From Cognatiyoonia sp. (lineage in GTDB: Bacteria > Pseudomonadota > Alphaproteobacteria > Rhodobacterales > Rhodobacteraceae): a stretch of 64,000 bases of DNA. The translations under genes and the position numbers were made by a program. Each line of letters begins with the position of its first letter. Position 1 is the stretch's first letter. The notes under the pieces are model-generated. The model made no database searches. It saw only the letters and a program-made list of their open reading frames with translations, and was not told the DNA's origin. Positions 19,963 through 29,247 of the stretch are shown here, piece by piece. The stretch is from the NCBI RefSeq assembly GCF_965661665.1, contig NZ_CBFIEO010000009.1, positions 23,681 through 87,680 on the forward strand, in the 5' to 3' direction.

Positions 19963-20921
19963 ACATTGAGATGATCCGCGCGGCGGCAAAACGGCTAGAC
20001 GGGCACGCGCGGCGGACGCCAATCCTGTCATCACCGTTTTTGGATGAGATTGCAGGGAGGCGCGTGTTGGTGAAGGCCGAATGTTTGCAACACACCGGAT
20101 CGTTCAAGTTTCGCGGTGGCTGGGCCGCGATGTCAAGCCTGTCTGGGGATCAGTTGAAAACTGGTGTGATTGCCTATTCCAGCGGCAACCATGCCCAAGG
20201 CGTGGCCTTGGCCGCGCGGGAGCATGGGGCGCCAGCAGTGATTATCATGCCATCGAACGCGCCTACGGTGAAAATCGCGAACACCCGTGCTTTGGGGGCT
20301 GAGGTGGTGCTGTATGATCGTGGGCGGGAAAGCCGCGAGAAAATTGGCGATGGCTTGTCGCGTGAGCGAGGACTGACGTTGATCAAGCCCTACGACGAAC
20401 CGGAGGTGATTGCGGGGCAAGGCACCTGCGGGCTGGAGATTGCGGCCGATGCTGGTGTTGAAGAGGCTGAGGTGCTGGTCTGTTGCGGTGGTGGCGGGCT
20501 GACCGGCGGGATCGCGCTGGCATTGGCGGCGGAAGCCCCGAAGATGCGCGTGCGGCCTTGCGAGCCTGAGGGCTTTGATGATGTGACGCGGTCACTCGCC
20601 ACCGGCCAACACGAGCAGAACGTGAGCGAGACTGGCTCCATTTGTGATGCTATTTTGACGCAAAGCCCCGGAGAGATCACATTTCCTATTCTAAAGAAAC
20701 ACTGCGGGTCAGGGATTGTCGTGACGGAGGACGAATGCCTGCGCGCAATGGGCCTTGCTTTTGAGCGGTTGCGCATTGTTGTGGAACCGGGCGGTGCGGC
20801 GGCGTTGGCAGGCGCGCTGTTCCACGGATCAGAGATTGAAGGCGACACGGTGATCGCGGTCGCCACCGGCGGAAATGTAGACCGCGCCATATTTTCACGC
20901 GCTTTGGAGACTTTGGCATGA
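19959..20921 (+). CDS. PLP-dependent threonine/serine dehydratase family enzyme
   Basis: It has the ECLQHTGSFKFRGG PLP-lysine motif, SSGNHAQGVA and CCGGGGLTGG. An ATGA overlap links it to the upstream hydrolase. Confidence 0.82.
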   Translation: MNIEMIRAAAKRLDGHARRTPILSSPFLDEIAGRRVLVKAECLQHTGSFKFRGGWAAMSSLSGDQLKTGVIAYSSGNHAQGVALAAREHGAPAVIIMPSNAPTVKIANTRALGAEVVLYDRGRESREKIGDGLSRERGLTLIKPYDEPEVIAGQGTCGLEIAADAGVEEAEVLVCCGGGGLTGGIALALAAEAPKMRVRPCEPEGFDDVTRSLATGQHEQNVSETGSICDAILTQSPGEITFPILKKHCGSGIVVTEDECLRAMGLAFERLRIVVEPGGAAALAGALFHGSEIEGDTVIAVATGGNVDRAIFSRALETLA

Positions 20922-22105
20922 CGCAATTCACGATTGCGAGTTTCAACGACAAAAACCTGATCAGGCCAGATTAGGAATATTAGACGTTCGAAAGCTACAC
21001 GCCGGAGGAATATGCATGGAAGCAAAGCTGGCTTGCTGAACAGGTGATGACGATGAACGCCGGTGTCGTTAGCTTTCAGGAGATTTTTGATGCGGATGCT
21101 TTACAGGCGGTGATCGATGAGGCGGATGCGGCGGGGATGGAAGCGAATGAGGCCAATGTGCCGGATCGCAGTAAAAAGTACGCGTGCAAAGCGATTTTCA
21201 TGAAGCTGGCTTATGCGCCCTAAACCAAGGCCACGCTCGCCTTCGCGCCCAACGCCAAGGATGGTGGGCCGGGGCAGCGGCAACCTGGCGTTGCTATCTT
21301 GGCCAAGACAGGGTTTGTGGAGAAGCCGGAGATCATTCAGGATCTGGCGGAGCCAGTGGTTATCCCCTTTTCCGACTTGGATGGGAGTGACGGCGGCAGC
21401 TAAACCATGAAACGGCTGTCGCTCCCGATCCTGAAAGCGAAGGTGCCGTTTTGAGACACGGTGATCACCGTGTTCAAATGCCACCTGAAATCAAAGCTGG
21501 GGGAGTTTGATCTGCTAAAGGGGGCGACGGTTGCACCCGCCGCAGACCTTGTAAACTATGATGCGGGTGCACGGGCGCTTGGTTCGCTCCACTCTGGGTT
21601 GCGGCGGGTGGCGGAGGCGTGGGTTTTGCGGCTGGCGATTCTTGGCAGTTTGGAGAAGGGCGAACCTGCGATGGTTCTGGGCGACTTCAATGACAGCGAG
21701 CATGCAGTGTCCACAGAAATTATCACATGCGAGGTGCCGTTCAAGAATTACGCGTGGATGAGGCGGCACGATGCCAAGCACCGCTCTAACCGCTACACTG
21801 ACGAAGAAAATGAGATCATTCAGGAGAAGATTTCAAAGGTCCAGCTGCATTCGGCAGAAAAGCTTTTTGTGCGTAAGTCATTAAGATATATGGTTTATGC
21901 ATCTTCCTTTGGGGGCGTGTTTGAATCGATCGATCAGATTTTGATGAGCCATCACTTTCACCCTGATTACAAAGATCGGATTGGGGAGATGGAGTATTTC
22001 TCAGTCCTGAACGACCACCTGATGGACGGCAGCCATCCAGAGGCACCGTATAACAAACTCGCCTCGGGCCACGGCCAGATCATGGCCCATATGCATATTT
22101 ATTGA
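20918..22105 (+). pseudogene. Endonuclease/exonuclease/phosphatase (EEP) family gene with five in-frame stops and no frameshift
   Basis: One frame from ATG 20918 (ATGA-coupled to the dehydratase stop) reads MTQFTIASFNDKNLIRPD*EY*TFESYTPEEYAWKQSWLAEQVMTMNAGVVSFQEIF...LAYAP*TKATLAF...DGSDGGS*TMKRLSLPILKAKVPF*DTVITVFKCHLKSK...MVLGDFND...SGHGQIMAHMHIY. The stops are TAG 20972, TAG 20981, TAA 21221, TAA 21401 and TGA 21452. The terminal SDH motif reads SGH. Confidence 0.8.
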
Positions 22106-22260
22106 GCATTTTGAGAAATTCGTTGACTCAAGCGCGAAATTTGATTTCTGTGGCGCTCGGGAGGGTTGTCCACCGTGATTTAGGTCACGTCGTTGGACAA
22201 CAGGAGAAAGCCGCGTCTGGGGGGACCCAACGCGGCTTGATCTTTTAGGGGGCCTGTTTT

Positions 22261-23073
22261 TTGGAACGATGTGTCAGCAGCAAAGACGGGACTCGTATCT
22301 ATGCGCGGCAGGATGGTGCGGCGGATCGTGACGCGCCTGTGGTGGTATTTGCCAACGCGCTTGGAACCACGTTGGAGGTTTGGAACCCGATGCTGGCGCA
22401 TCTGCCGGAAGGGTTGCGGATCGTCCGGTTTGACAATCGCGGACACGGGCGGTCGGACGTGCCGGAGGGGCCTTACTCGATGGGGACCATGATCAGCGAC
22501 GCGGAGGCCGTATGTGATGCCTTTAATGTAAAAGACTGTGTGTTTGTCGGGCTTTCAGTCGGGGGAATGATCGCGCAGGGTTTGGCGGTGAAGCGGTTGG
22601 ACTTGTTGCGCGGGCTGGTTCTGTCCAACACGGCAGCAAAGATCGGCAACGCGAAGATGTGGCAGGACCGGATGGAAATGGTGCGGTCGAAAGGCATGGC
22701 GCTTGCCGCCGATGACATCTTGGCGCGGTGGTTTGGCCGCAAGTTCCTGGCCGGTCCCGATGTGGCGCAATGGCGGGACATGCTGAGCACCTGTTCGGTT
22801 GAGGGGTACTGCGGGGTCTGTGCCGCGATTGCAGGCACCGATCTCTACACCCCGACGAGCGGTCTGCGCTTGCCGACTTTGGGCTTTTCAGGGCCAGAGG
22901 ACCGCTCCACCCCGCCGGATCTGGTGCGGGAGACGCTGGGATTGATCCCAGGGTCGGAGTTTAGGCTGATCCGAGGCACCGGCCATTTGCCATGCGTGGA
23001 ACGACCCGAAGAGGCGGCAGCGGAACTCACCGCGTTTCTGGAACGGATTGGGCACCTTGGCACGCCTGACTGA
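22261..23073 (+). CDS. 3-oxoadipate enol-lactonase-like alpha/beta hydrolase
   Basis: PVVVFANALGTTLEVWNPMLAHLPEGLRIVRFDNRGHGRSD, the nucleophile elbow FVGLSVGGMIAQ, and GHLPCVERPE. A TTG start is assumed, so the start is uncertain. Confidence 0.72.
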   Translation: MERCVSSKDGTRIYARQDGAADRDAPVVVFANALGTTLEVWNPMLAHLPEGLRIVRFDNRGHGRSDVPEGPYSMGTMISDAEAVCDAFNVKDCVFVGLSVGGMIAQGLAVKRLDLLRGLVLSNTAAKIGNAKMWQDRMEMVRSKGMALAADDILARWFGRKFLAGPDVAQWRDMLSTCSVEGYCGVCAAIAGTDLYTPTSGLRLPTLGFSGPEDRSTPPDLVRETLGLIPGSEFRLIRGTGHLPCVERPEEAAAELTAFLERIGHLGTPD

Positions 23074-23138
23074 TTGGCGCGTTGCAATCTAAACTGATGA
23101 GTTTAGATACTTCTCAAACTTCTAAAATCGAGCCCCCA

Positions 23139-24359
23139 ATGGACAAGCGTCTGCCTATCACATTCATCCTGATCAGTGTCGTGCTCGACAGTATGGGTAT
23201 TGGTCTGATCATGCCTGTGATGCCGGACCTCATCCAAGAGGTTGACGGTCAGGGTCTTGGCGCAGCGGCGGTCTGGGGCGGCATCCTCGCCACGATTTTC
23301 GCAGCAATGCAGTTCATCTTTGGCCCCACGTTGGGGAGCCTGTCAGACAGGTTCGGGCGCAGGCCGGTGTTGCTTATTTCCCTTGCGGTGATGGCCTTTG
23401 ATTATGTGCTAATGGCCGTTGCGGGCACGATCACGCTGTTGATTATTGGGCGCATCTTGGGTGGCATCACCGCGGCGACACAGTCAACCGCAGCAGCCTA
23501 TATGGCCGATATATCGGAGCCGGAACAGAAGGCCGCGAACTTTGGTCTGATTGGTGCGGCCTTTGGTGTGGGGTTTGTTCTGGGGCCGTTGATGGGCGGG
23601 ATGCTGGCTGAATACGGCACACGCGCACCCTTCTGGGCGGCAGCGGGATTGGCGGCGGCAAACTTCATCTTTGGGTATTTCATCCTGCCAGAGACGGTCA
23701 CGGACGCCATACGCCGCCCGTTTGAGTGGCGACGGGCAAACCCGATGGGGGCGTTCAAGCACATAACCAAATTGCCCGGCTTAGGCCGGTTGCTGCTGAT
23801 TACCTTTGTCTATGCGGTGGGCTTCTTCGTCTATCCGGGCGTTTGGGCCTACTTCGGAGCGGAACAATTCGGCTGGGGACCGGGGATGATCGGGTTGTCT
23901 CTGGGTGCCTTTGGCATCGGGATCGCCGTGGTTCAGGGGCTTTTGATGCGCCCGATCCTTGCGTGCTTGGGCGAACGCAACGCGGTGATCGCAGGGCTTG
24001 CGATTGACGTTCTGGCGTTCATCTTGCTGGGCTTTATTCAAAACGGGTGGATCGCCTTGGCGCTGACGCCGTTGACCGCGCTCGGCTCTATCGCCGGTCC
24101 GGCGTTGCAGGGGATCATGTCGCGCAAGGCGGCGGACAACCAGCAGGGGGAGCTGCAAGGCACGCTCGCCTCCATCAACGCGGTGGCGACGATCGTGGCA
24201 CCGTTGGTTGTGACGCAGACCTTTTGGTATTTCACCAAGGATGACGCCGCAGTCTATCTGCCCGGCGCGCCGTTCTTGTTGTCGGCCTTGTTGACCCTGG
24301 GATGCATTGTGATGTTTTTGACGAGCCCTGCGCTGCAACGGTCGAAAAGCGACGCCTGA
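23139..24359 (+). CDS. MFS transporter (TetA/TCR-like drug:H+ antiporter family)
   Basis: About 12 predicted TM segments, with GSLSDRFGRRPVLL (MFS motif A) and LGRILGGITAA. I prefer ATG 23139 (MDKRLPITF). Confidence 0.8.
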   Translation: MDKRLPITFILISVVLDSMGIGLIMPVMPDLIQEVDGQGLGAAAVWGGILATIFAAMQFIFGPTLGSLSDRFGRRPVLLISLAVMAFDYVLMAVAGTITLLIIGRILGGITAATQSTAAAYMADISEPEQKAANFGLIGAAFGVGFVLGPLMGGMLAEYGTRAPFWAAAGLAAANFIFGYFILPETVTDAIRRPFEWRRANPMGAFKHITKLPGLGRLLLITFVYAVGFFVYPGVWAYFGAEQFGWGPGMIGLSLGAFGIGIAVVQGLLMRPILACLGERNAVIAGLAIDVLAFILLGFIQNGWIALALTPLTALGSIAGPALQGIMSRKAADNQQGELQGTLASINAVATIVAPLVVTQTFWYFTKDDAAVYLPGAPFLLSALLTLGCIVMFLTSPALQRSKSDA

Positions 24360-24426
24360 CGTCGCTGGGTGCATAGCGGCGGTGGGCGTTGGCGCCATCG
24401 TGGCCGGAACGGCAAGAGGATTGTAT

Positions 24427-25506
24427 ATGACGAACGTGAAAGCCGCAGTGTGCAACGCCTTTGGTGCGCCGCTTGATATTGAAACTGTGCAGTTGCGCGC
24501 GCCCGTGAGTGGTGAGGTTCAGGTCACGCTGAAGGCCTGCGCGATTTGCCATTCTGACATCACGTTTATTGATGGCGGCTGGGGCGGCACTCTGCCTGCG
24601 GTCTATGGGCACGAAGCCGCCGGCCATGTGACCGCCGTTGGCGATCATGTGAGCGGCGTGGCTGTTGGGGATCCGGTTGTTGTGACGTTGATCCGTGCTT
24701 GCGGGACTTGTGCGCCTTGCGCCAGCGGCGCACCTGTGGCCTGTGAGACGGCCTTACCCGAAGTTGGACCTATTGCCAATGCGGATGGCGCGCCCTTGGT
24801 GCAAGCTATGAACTGCGGCGCGTTCGCTGAGAAGATCGTCGTGGATCAGAGCCAAGTGGTGAAGCTGCCTGTCGATATGGATTTGGTGACGGCGAGCGTG
24901 TTGGCCTGTGGCGTGATCACAGGTGTCGGCGCCGTGGTGAATGCCGCCAAACTGCGAGCGGGTCAGGATGTGGTTGTGATTGGCGCAGGGGGCGTCGGCC
25001 TTAACGCCATTCAAGGCGCGCGGATCGCGGGCGCACGGCGGATCGTGGCGGTGGATATGTCAAACGAAAAGCTGGCGATTGCGAAAGAGTTCGGCGCCAC
25101 CGATGGTGTGTTGGCGACAGAAGACAAACCGTGGCGGGCAGCGAAGGCTGCGATGGGTCGCGGGGCGGATGCTGTGTTTGTGACTGTTGGCGCGATCCCT
25201 GCTTATGAGCAGGCGCCGCAATACCTCGCCTCCGGCGGGAAGGTCATCATGGTCGGGATGCCGCATTCGGGGGCTGAGGCAAAGTATGAACCTGTGATGC
25301 TGGCCGCGACAGGTCAGGGCATGGCCGGCTCGAAGATGGGCGATGTGGTCATCGCGCGGGATATTCCGTGGATGGTCGACCTTTATCGGCAAGGACGGCT
25401 CAAGCTGGATGAACTGGTGTCGCGGACGTGGCCGCTGGAAGAGATCAACGAAGCGATTGCCGATACCAAAACCGGATCAGCCAAGCGGAACGTGATCGTT
25501 TTCTAA
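24427..25506 (+). CDS. Zinc-dependent alcohol dehydrogenase family oxidoreductase
   Basis: CAICHSDITFIDG...GHEAAGHV zinc ligands, the CGTCAPCASG structural-Zn loop, and the VIGAGGVGLNAIQGA Rossmann motif. Confidence 0.85.
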   Translation: MTNVKAAVCNAFGAPLDIETVQLRAPVSGEVQVTLKACAICHSDITFIDGGWGGTLPAVYGHEAAGHVTAVGDHVSGVAVGDPVVVTLIRACGTCAPCASGAPVACETALPEVGPIANADGAPLVQAMNCGAFAEKIVVDQSQVVKLPVDMDLVTASVLACGVITGVGAVVNAAKLRAGQDVVVIGAGGVGLNAIQGARIAGARRIVAVDMSNEKLAIAKEFGATDGVLATEDKPWRAAKAAMGRGADAVFVTVGAIPAYEQAPQYLASGGKVIMVGMPHSGAEAKYEPVMLAATGQGMAGSKMGDVVIARDIPWMVDLYRQGRLKLDELVSRTWPLEEINEAIADTKTGSAKRNVIVF

Positions 25507-25943
25507 GGCTCGCCACTGTCGCCCCAATCATAGACGACGATGTCGCCAATTTTCCGATCCTTAAGGCGTTGATAGAGCTTGCGGGCAGGGGTGTTCGCCA
25601 CCTTTGTCGCGAGCCACGCGCCTTCGCAGCCGAGTGCGGTGCCTTTGGCGAGCAGATGTTCGGACAGTTTGGTCGCAATCCCTTGGCGTTGGTGGCTGTC
25701 GCGCGCGCGCACCTCCGACCCAAAGAGGATGGGCGCTTTGTCAGGGTGGTTGTTGATAACGGCGCTGGCCATGCCGACGGCATCCTCACCCTGCATCGCC
25801 AGAAACATCAGATGCCCCGGATCGTTCAGAAAGGTTTCCGCCTGATCGGGGCGGATCGGATTGTCAAAAAGCCCGTTGCGCACCGAGAAAAGCAGATCAA
25901 GATGATCTGGACCCAGCTCGAGGATCATGATTGGGTCGGGCAT
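25503..25943 (-). CDS. GNAT family N-acetyltransferase
   Basis: It has the acetyl-CoA motif RARDSHQRQGIATKLSEHLLAKG and ANTPARKLYQRLKD. The start is at 25943 or 25928. The longer track ORF to 26162 overlaps the divergent enolase-family gene. Confidence 0.7.
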   Translation of the reverse strand: MPDPIMILELGPDHLDLLFSVRNGLFDNPIRPDQAETFLNDPGHLMFLAMQGEDAVGMASAVINNHPDKAPILFGSEVRARDSHQRQGIATKLSEHLLAKGTALGCEGAWLATKVANTPARKLYQRLKDRKIGDIVVYDWGDSGEP

Positions 25944-25979
25944 AACGGGCCTTTCTGGGTCAACGATGGATGTGATGCG

Positions 25980-27209
25980 ATGAGACTTGCCGATCTTGAG
26001 ATATTTGTCACGGCCCCGCCTGCCCCGGGATGGGGTGGCCGGTATTGGATCATCCCCAAGCTGACCACATCGGACGGGATCGTGGGCTATGGCGAATGCT
26101 ATGCGACCTCTGTTGGGCCGGACGCGATGCAAGCCGTCATCAAGGATGTGTTTGAGCGGCATATGCTGGGCGAGAATCCCGAGGATATCGAGAAGATATT
26201 CCGTCGGGTCTATTCCTCTGGCTTCACGCAGCGGCCTGATCTCACTGTGATTGGCGCTTGGTCTGGGTTGGAGATTGCGTGCTGGGATATTTTAGGCAAA
26301 GCGCGGGGGCGGCCGGTTCACGCGTTGCTTGGTGGGCGGATGACGGACCGCGTGCGGGTCTATACATACCTTTATCCAGAAGCGCACCATCCCCTGCCCG
26401 ATTTCTGGGCTGACCCCGCAATGGCGGCGGAGGCGGCGATTGCGCGGGTGAAGGATGGCTATACAGCGGTGAAGTTTGACCCTGCCGGACCCTATACGGT
26501 GCTTGGTGGGCACATGCCGTCAATGCATGACATCAGCCTGTCGGTGGCATTCTGCAAAGCGATACGTGAGGCCGTGGGCGATCAGGCTGATCTGCTTTTT
26601 GGCACGCATGGTCAATTTTCAACTGCGGGGGCGATTCGGTTGGGCACCGCCATCGAGCCCTATAACCCACTTTGGTACGAAGAGCCGATCCCACCCGACA
26701 ATCCTGCGGAGATGGCCAAGGTCGCGGCGGCGGTGACGATCCCCGTGGCAACGGGAGAGCGGCTTTGCACCAAGGCCGAGTTTGCGCAGGTGCTGAAAAG
26801 CGGCGCTGCGAGCATCCTGCAGCCTGCGTTAGGACGCGCGGGCGGCGTATGGGAATGTAAGAAGATCGCGGCATTGGCAGAGGTGCACAATGCGCAGATC
26901 GCGCCTCATCTCTACGCAGGCCCCGTGGAATGGGCGGCAAACATCCATTTGGCAGCGTCGATCCCCAATACCCTGATGGCGGAGACGATCGAAACCGCGT
27001 TCCATGATGCATTGATTGGCGGCGCGATCCGCGTGGAGGGGGGATATGTCACCCCACCAAGCGAGCCGGGGCTGGGCATCAATTTCAACGAAGAGCTCGC
27101 CCGCGCGCATCCGTACACCGCCGACAGTCTGCATCTTGAGATGCAGCAGGACGCAATCGGCTATCACGGGGTGAATGTGTTCGAAGGTGGCGCACCTGTG
27201 AAAGACTAA
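25980..27209 (+). CDS. Enolase-superfamily enzyme (mandelate racemase / galactonate dehydratase-like)
   Basis: 409 aa from ATG 25980: MRLADLEIFVTAPP...DGIVGYGECY...GLEIACWDILGKARGRPVHALLGG...AVKFDP...EEPIPPDN...ATGERL. The specific substrate cannot be assigned by eye. Confidence 0.8.
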   Translation: MRLADLEIFVTAPPAPGWGGRYWIIPKLTTSDGIVGYGECYATSVGPDAMQAVIKDVFERHMLGENPEDIEKIFRRVYSSGFTQRPDLTVIGAWSGLEIACWDILGKARGRPVHALLGGRMTDRVRVYTYLYPEAHHPLPDFWADPAMAAEAAIARVKDGYTAVKFDPAGPYTVLGGHMPSMHDISLSVAFCKAIREAVGDQADLLFGTHGQFSTAGAIRLGTAIEPYNPLWYEEPIPPDNPAEMAKVAAAVTIPVATGERLCTKAEFAQVLKSGAASILQPALGRAGGVWECKKIAALAEVHNAQIAPHLYAGPVEWAANIHLAASIPNTLMAETIETAFHDALIGGAIRVEGGYVTPPSEPGLGINFNEELARAHPYTADSLHLEMQQDAIGYHGVNVFEGGAPVKD

Positions 27210-27449
27210 CACAAAGAGCACGTGAACCTTTGCCATCTTTACAAAGGAGATTGATGGGCAATCAGGTCAAGACCTCGGCATCCCGCTGGCGACGTAGGGG
27301 CAATCGGCACTGATCCGCATAAGGTTTGGAAACGGTGCGTATCGACAGGCAAAACAATGGTGGGAGGACGGGCAACAATGAACGCATAGCGGCCCAGTCT
27401 GATGCGGCAACCCGCACTAAAATTCCGACCACCCCATGTCAAAAGAAAG

Positions 27450-27526
27450 TGGCGGGCCCAGAAGGACTCGAACCCTCAACCTGCCGATTAGAAGTCGGCT
27501 GCTCTATCCAGTTGAGCTATGGGCCC
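27450..27526 (-). tRNA. tRNA-Arg (anticodon UCU), CCA encoded
   Basis: The minus strand folds as GGGCCCA-TA-GCTC-AACTGGATA-GAGC-A-GCCGA-CTTCTAA-TCGGC-AGGTT-GAGGG-TTCGAGT-CCTTC-TGGGCCC-G-CCA. That is 77 nt with a full cloverleaf and anticodon TCT. Confidence 0.92.
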
Positions 27527-27592
27527 GCTTCGAGCACGTATCGCGCGGGTCATGGTCTGATGGCAAGAGGAATGCGGCCGAGGCCAGAGAAT

Positions 27593-27904
27593 TTAGTGGG
27601 TCCAAGCACCGCGGCGGTTGGTGGCAAAGTTTTCGCCATAGCCACCGGGACGGATGTTCGCCTTGCGCAGCTTGGGTTCGGTGACAGTCGCCATAATGCC
27701 ATGCTCCTCCGCGTATTCGAGCGCGGCTTCCTTGCTGTCGAACGTCATCCGCACCTGACTTTGCGTGTCAGAGGAGCCGGTCCAGCCCATCAAAGGGTCA
27801 ATCTCTCGCTTGCTTTCGCGGGCAAACTCCAAAACCCAAGACTTGGTCTTGGCTGTCCCCGAGGACATGGCAGTTTTCGCTGGCTTGTAGATGCGTGCGC
27901 GCAT
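27593..27904 (-). CDS. ETC complex I subunit conserved-region protein (NDUFS4-like)
   Basis: 103 aa: [27 protein letters not shown]...[35 protein letters not shown]. Confidence 0.8.
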   Translation of the reverse strand: MRARIYKPAKTAMSSGTAKTKSWVLEFARESKREIDPLMGWTGSSDTQSQVRMTFDSKEAALEYAEEHGIMATVTEPKLRKANIRPGGYGENFATNRRGAWTH

Positions 27905-27960
27905 GGCTGACTCCCTTGGCTGTGGGTCTTATCTGAAAAACCCCGCCGCTGTGCAAGATA

Positions 27961-29190
27961 TTATGCCCACTCTCCCGCGCGCATCACGGGCACAATCGTG
28001 CCGTCCTTTTTGATGCCGTCGATGTCCACCGCGTCAGAGCCCATCATCCAGTCGACATGGATCAGGCTTTGGTTGCCGCCAAGCTGCTGCAGCTCTTCTG
28101 GTTTCAACTCACTGCCGCCTTTGATCGTGTCGGCGTAGCATTGGCCAAGCGCGATGTGGCAGGAGGCGTTTTCGTCAAAAAGCGTATTGTAGAAAAGCGT
28201 CCCTGACTGACTGATGGGGGAGCAATGCGGGACGAGCGCGACTTCCCCGATCCGGCTCGCGCCGTCATCAGTTTTGAGGAGAGCATTCAGCACGTCCTCA
28301 CCTTTTGTCGCGGTGGCTTCGACAATCTTACCTGCTTCAAAGCGCACCGCGATGTTTTCGATCACATTACCTTGGTGCGCGAGCGGTTTGGTGGCGGCGA
28401 CGGTGCCTTCGACCTTGTAGGCGTGTGGGCAGGTGAACACTTCCTCCGTCGGGATGTTGGGTTGGCAGACCACGCCGTTAAGAGCGGGCGATGCGCCACC
28501 TTTCCAGATGTGCCCCTCGGCCAGTCCAAGGCGCAGGTCAGTGCCGGGGCCGGTGTAATGAAGCGCCTCGAAGTTCATGTCGTTGAGCCAATCGACCCGC
28601 ACTTGCAGGTTTGCGGAGTGCTGTTCCCAGTTTTTAACCGGATCGTCGCCAGCGAGACGGGAGGCGTCATAGATCGCGTCCATCAACTTGCTCTGCGCCT
28701 CTTCAACGGGGAGGTCGGGATACACGCGGGAAGCCCATGCCGCACCAGGATAGGCCACGATATTCCAGTTCACTTCAAACCCGACAATGGGTTCCATCGC
28801 GGGTTTTGCGGCGATGGAGGTGGCTTTGGACGCACGGGCGACCTTTTCTGGGTCTTGTTCGGAGAGCAGCATCGGATCGTCGCCTGTGATCGCTATGCGG
28901 GCTGCACCGTCTTTGAACGCTTTACCCAGTCCCTCATAGAACCAGCCGGGCGCACGGTCAAAGCTGTGATCGTGGCCGTGTTCGTAGCGGGCGAGTGTGA
29001 TCACTTCGTCATTGAAGAACGGCATGACGAGCCCCGCACCCGCTTTGTAGGCCTGCACGGTGATCCGCTGCACCAATTCCAGCGCCGCCATCGGCGCAGT
29101 GATGATCAAATCCTGACCGGGTTGCAGGTTCACACCTGTCCGAACGGCGACTTCGGCGAGACGGTCAAGTTTTTCGGGGTCAATACTCAT
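27961..29190 (-). CDS. Aminopeptidase, peptidase family M29 (AmpS/PepS-like)
   Basis: 409 aa. The N-terminus LAEVAVRTGVNLQPGQDLIITAP and the C-terminus HIALGQCY...LIHVDWMMG are typical of M29. Confidence 0.8.
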   Translation of the reverse strand: MSIDPEKLDRLAEVAVRTGVNLQPGQDLIITAPMAALELVQRITVQAYKAGAGLVMPFFNDEVITLARYEHGHDHSFDRAPGWFYEGLGKAFKDGAARIAITGDDPMLLSEQDPEKVARASKATSIAAKPAMEPIVGFEVNWNIVAYPGAAWASRVYPDLPVEEAQSKLMDAIYDASRLAGDDPVKNWEQHSANLQVRVDWLNDMNFEALHYTGPGTDLRLGLAEGHIWKGGASPALNGVVCQPNIPTEEVFTCPHAYKVEGTVAATKPLAHQGNVIENIAVRFEAGKIVEATATKGEDVLNALLKTDDGASRIGEVALVPHCSPISQSGTLFYNTLFDENASCHIALGQCYADTIKGGSELKPEELQQLGGNQSLIHVDWMMGSDAVDIDGIKKDGTIVPVMRAGEWA

Positions 29191-29247
29191 GGCGGCGCTC
29201 CTGATGCTGTTGCGGTATAGCTACTCGCCCCGCGACGGAGGTCAACC

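Noticed and set aside
10484-21454. Programmed recoding (selenocysteine, pyrrolysine, readthrough or an altered genetic code) as the explanation for the in-frame stops
   Set aside because: All three stop codons are involved, and the same codons terminate every neighbouring intact gene. I saw no SECIS-like hairpins after the TGAs. The affected genes also carry other damage (SDH to SGH, frameshifts nearby).
25428-25979. 184-codon N-terminal extension of the enolase-superfamily ORF
   Set aside because: It runs antisense through the entire GNAT gene and the ADH 3' end. The family-typical N-terminus (MRLADLEIFV...) starts at 25980.
27210-27592. tRNA-Arg(UCU) as a genomic-island integration site
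   Set aside because: There is no integrase, no duplicated tRNA 3' end and no direct repeat of the tRNA in the flanks that I could see. The 27239..27442 ORF is short and has no recognisable features.
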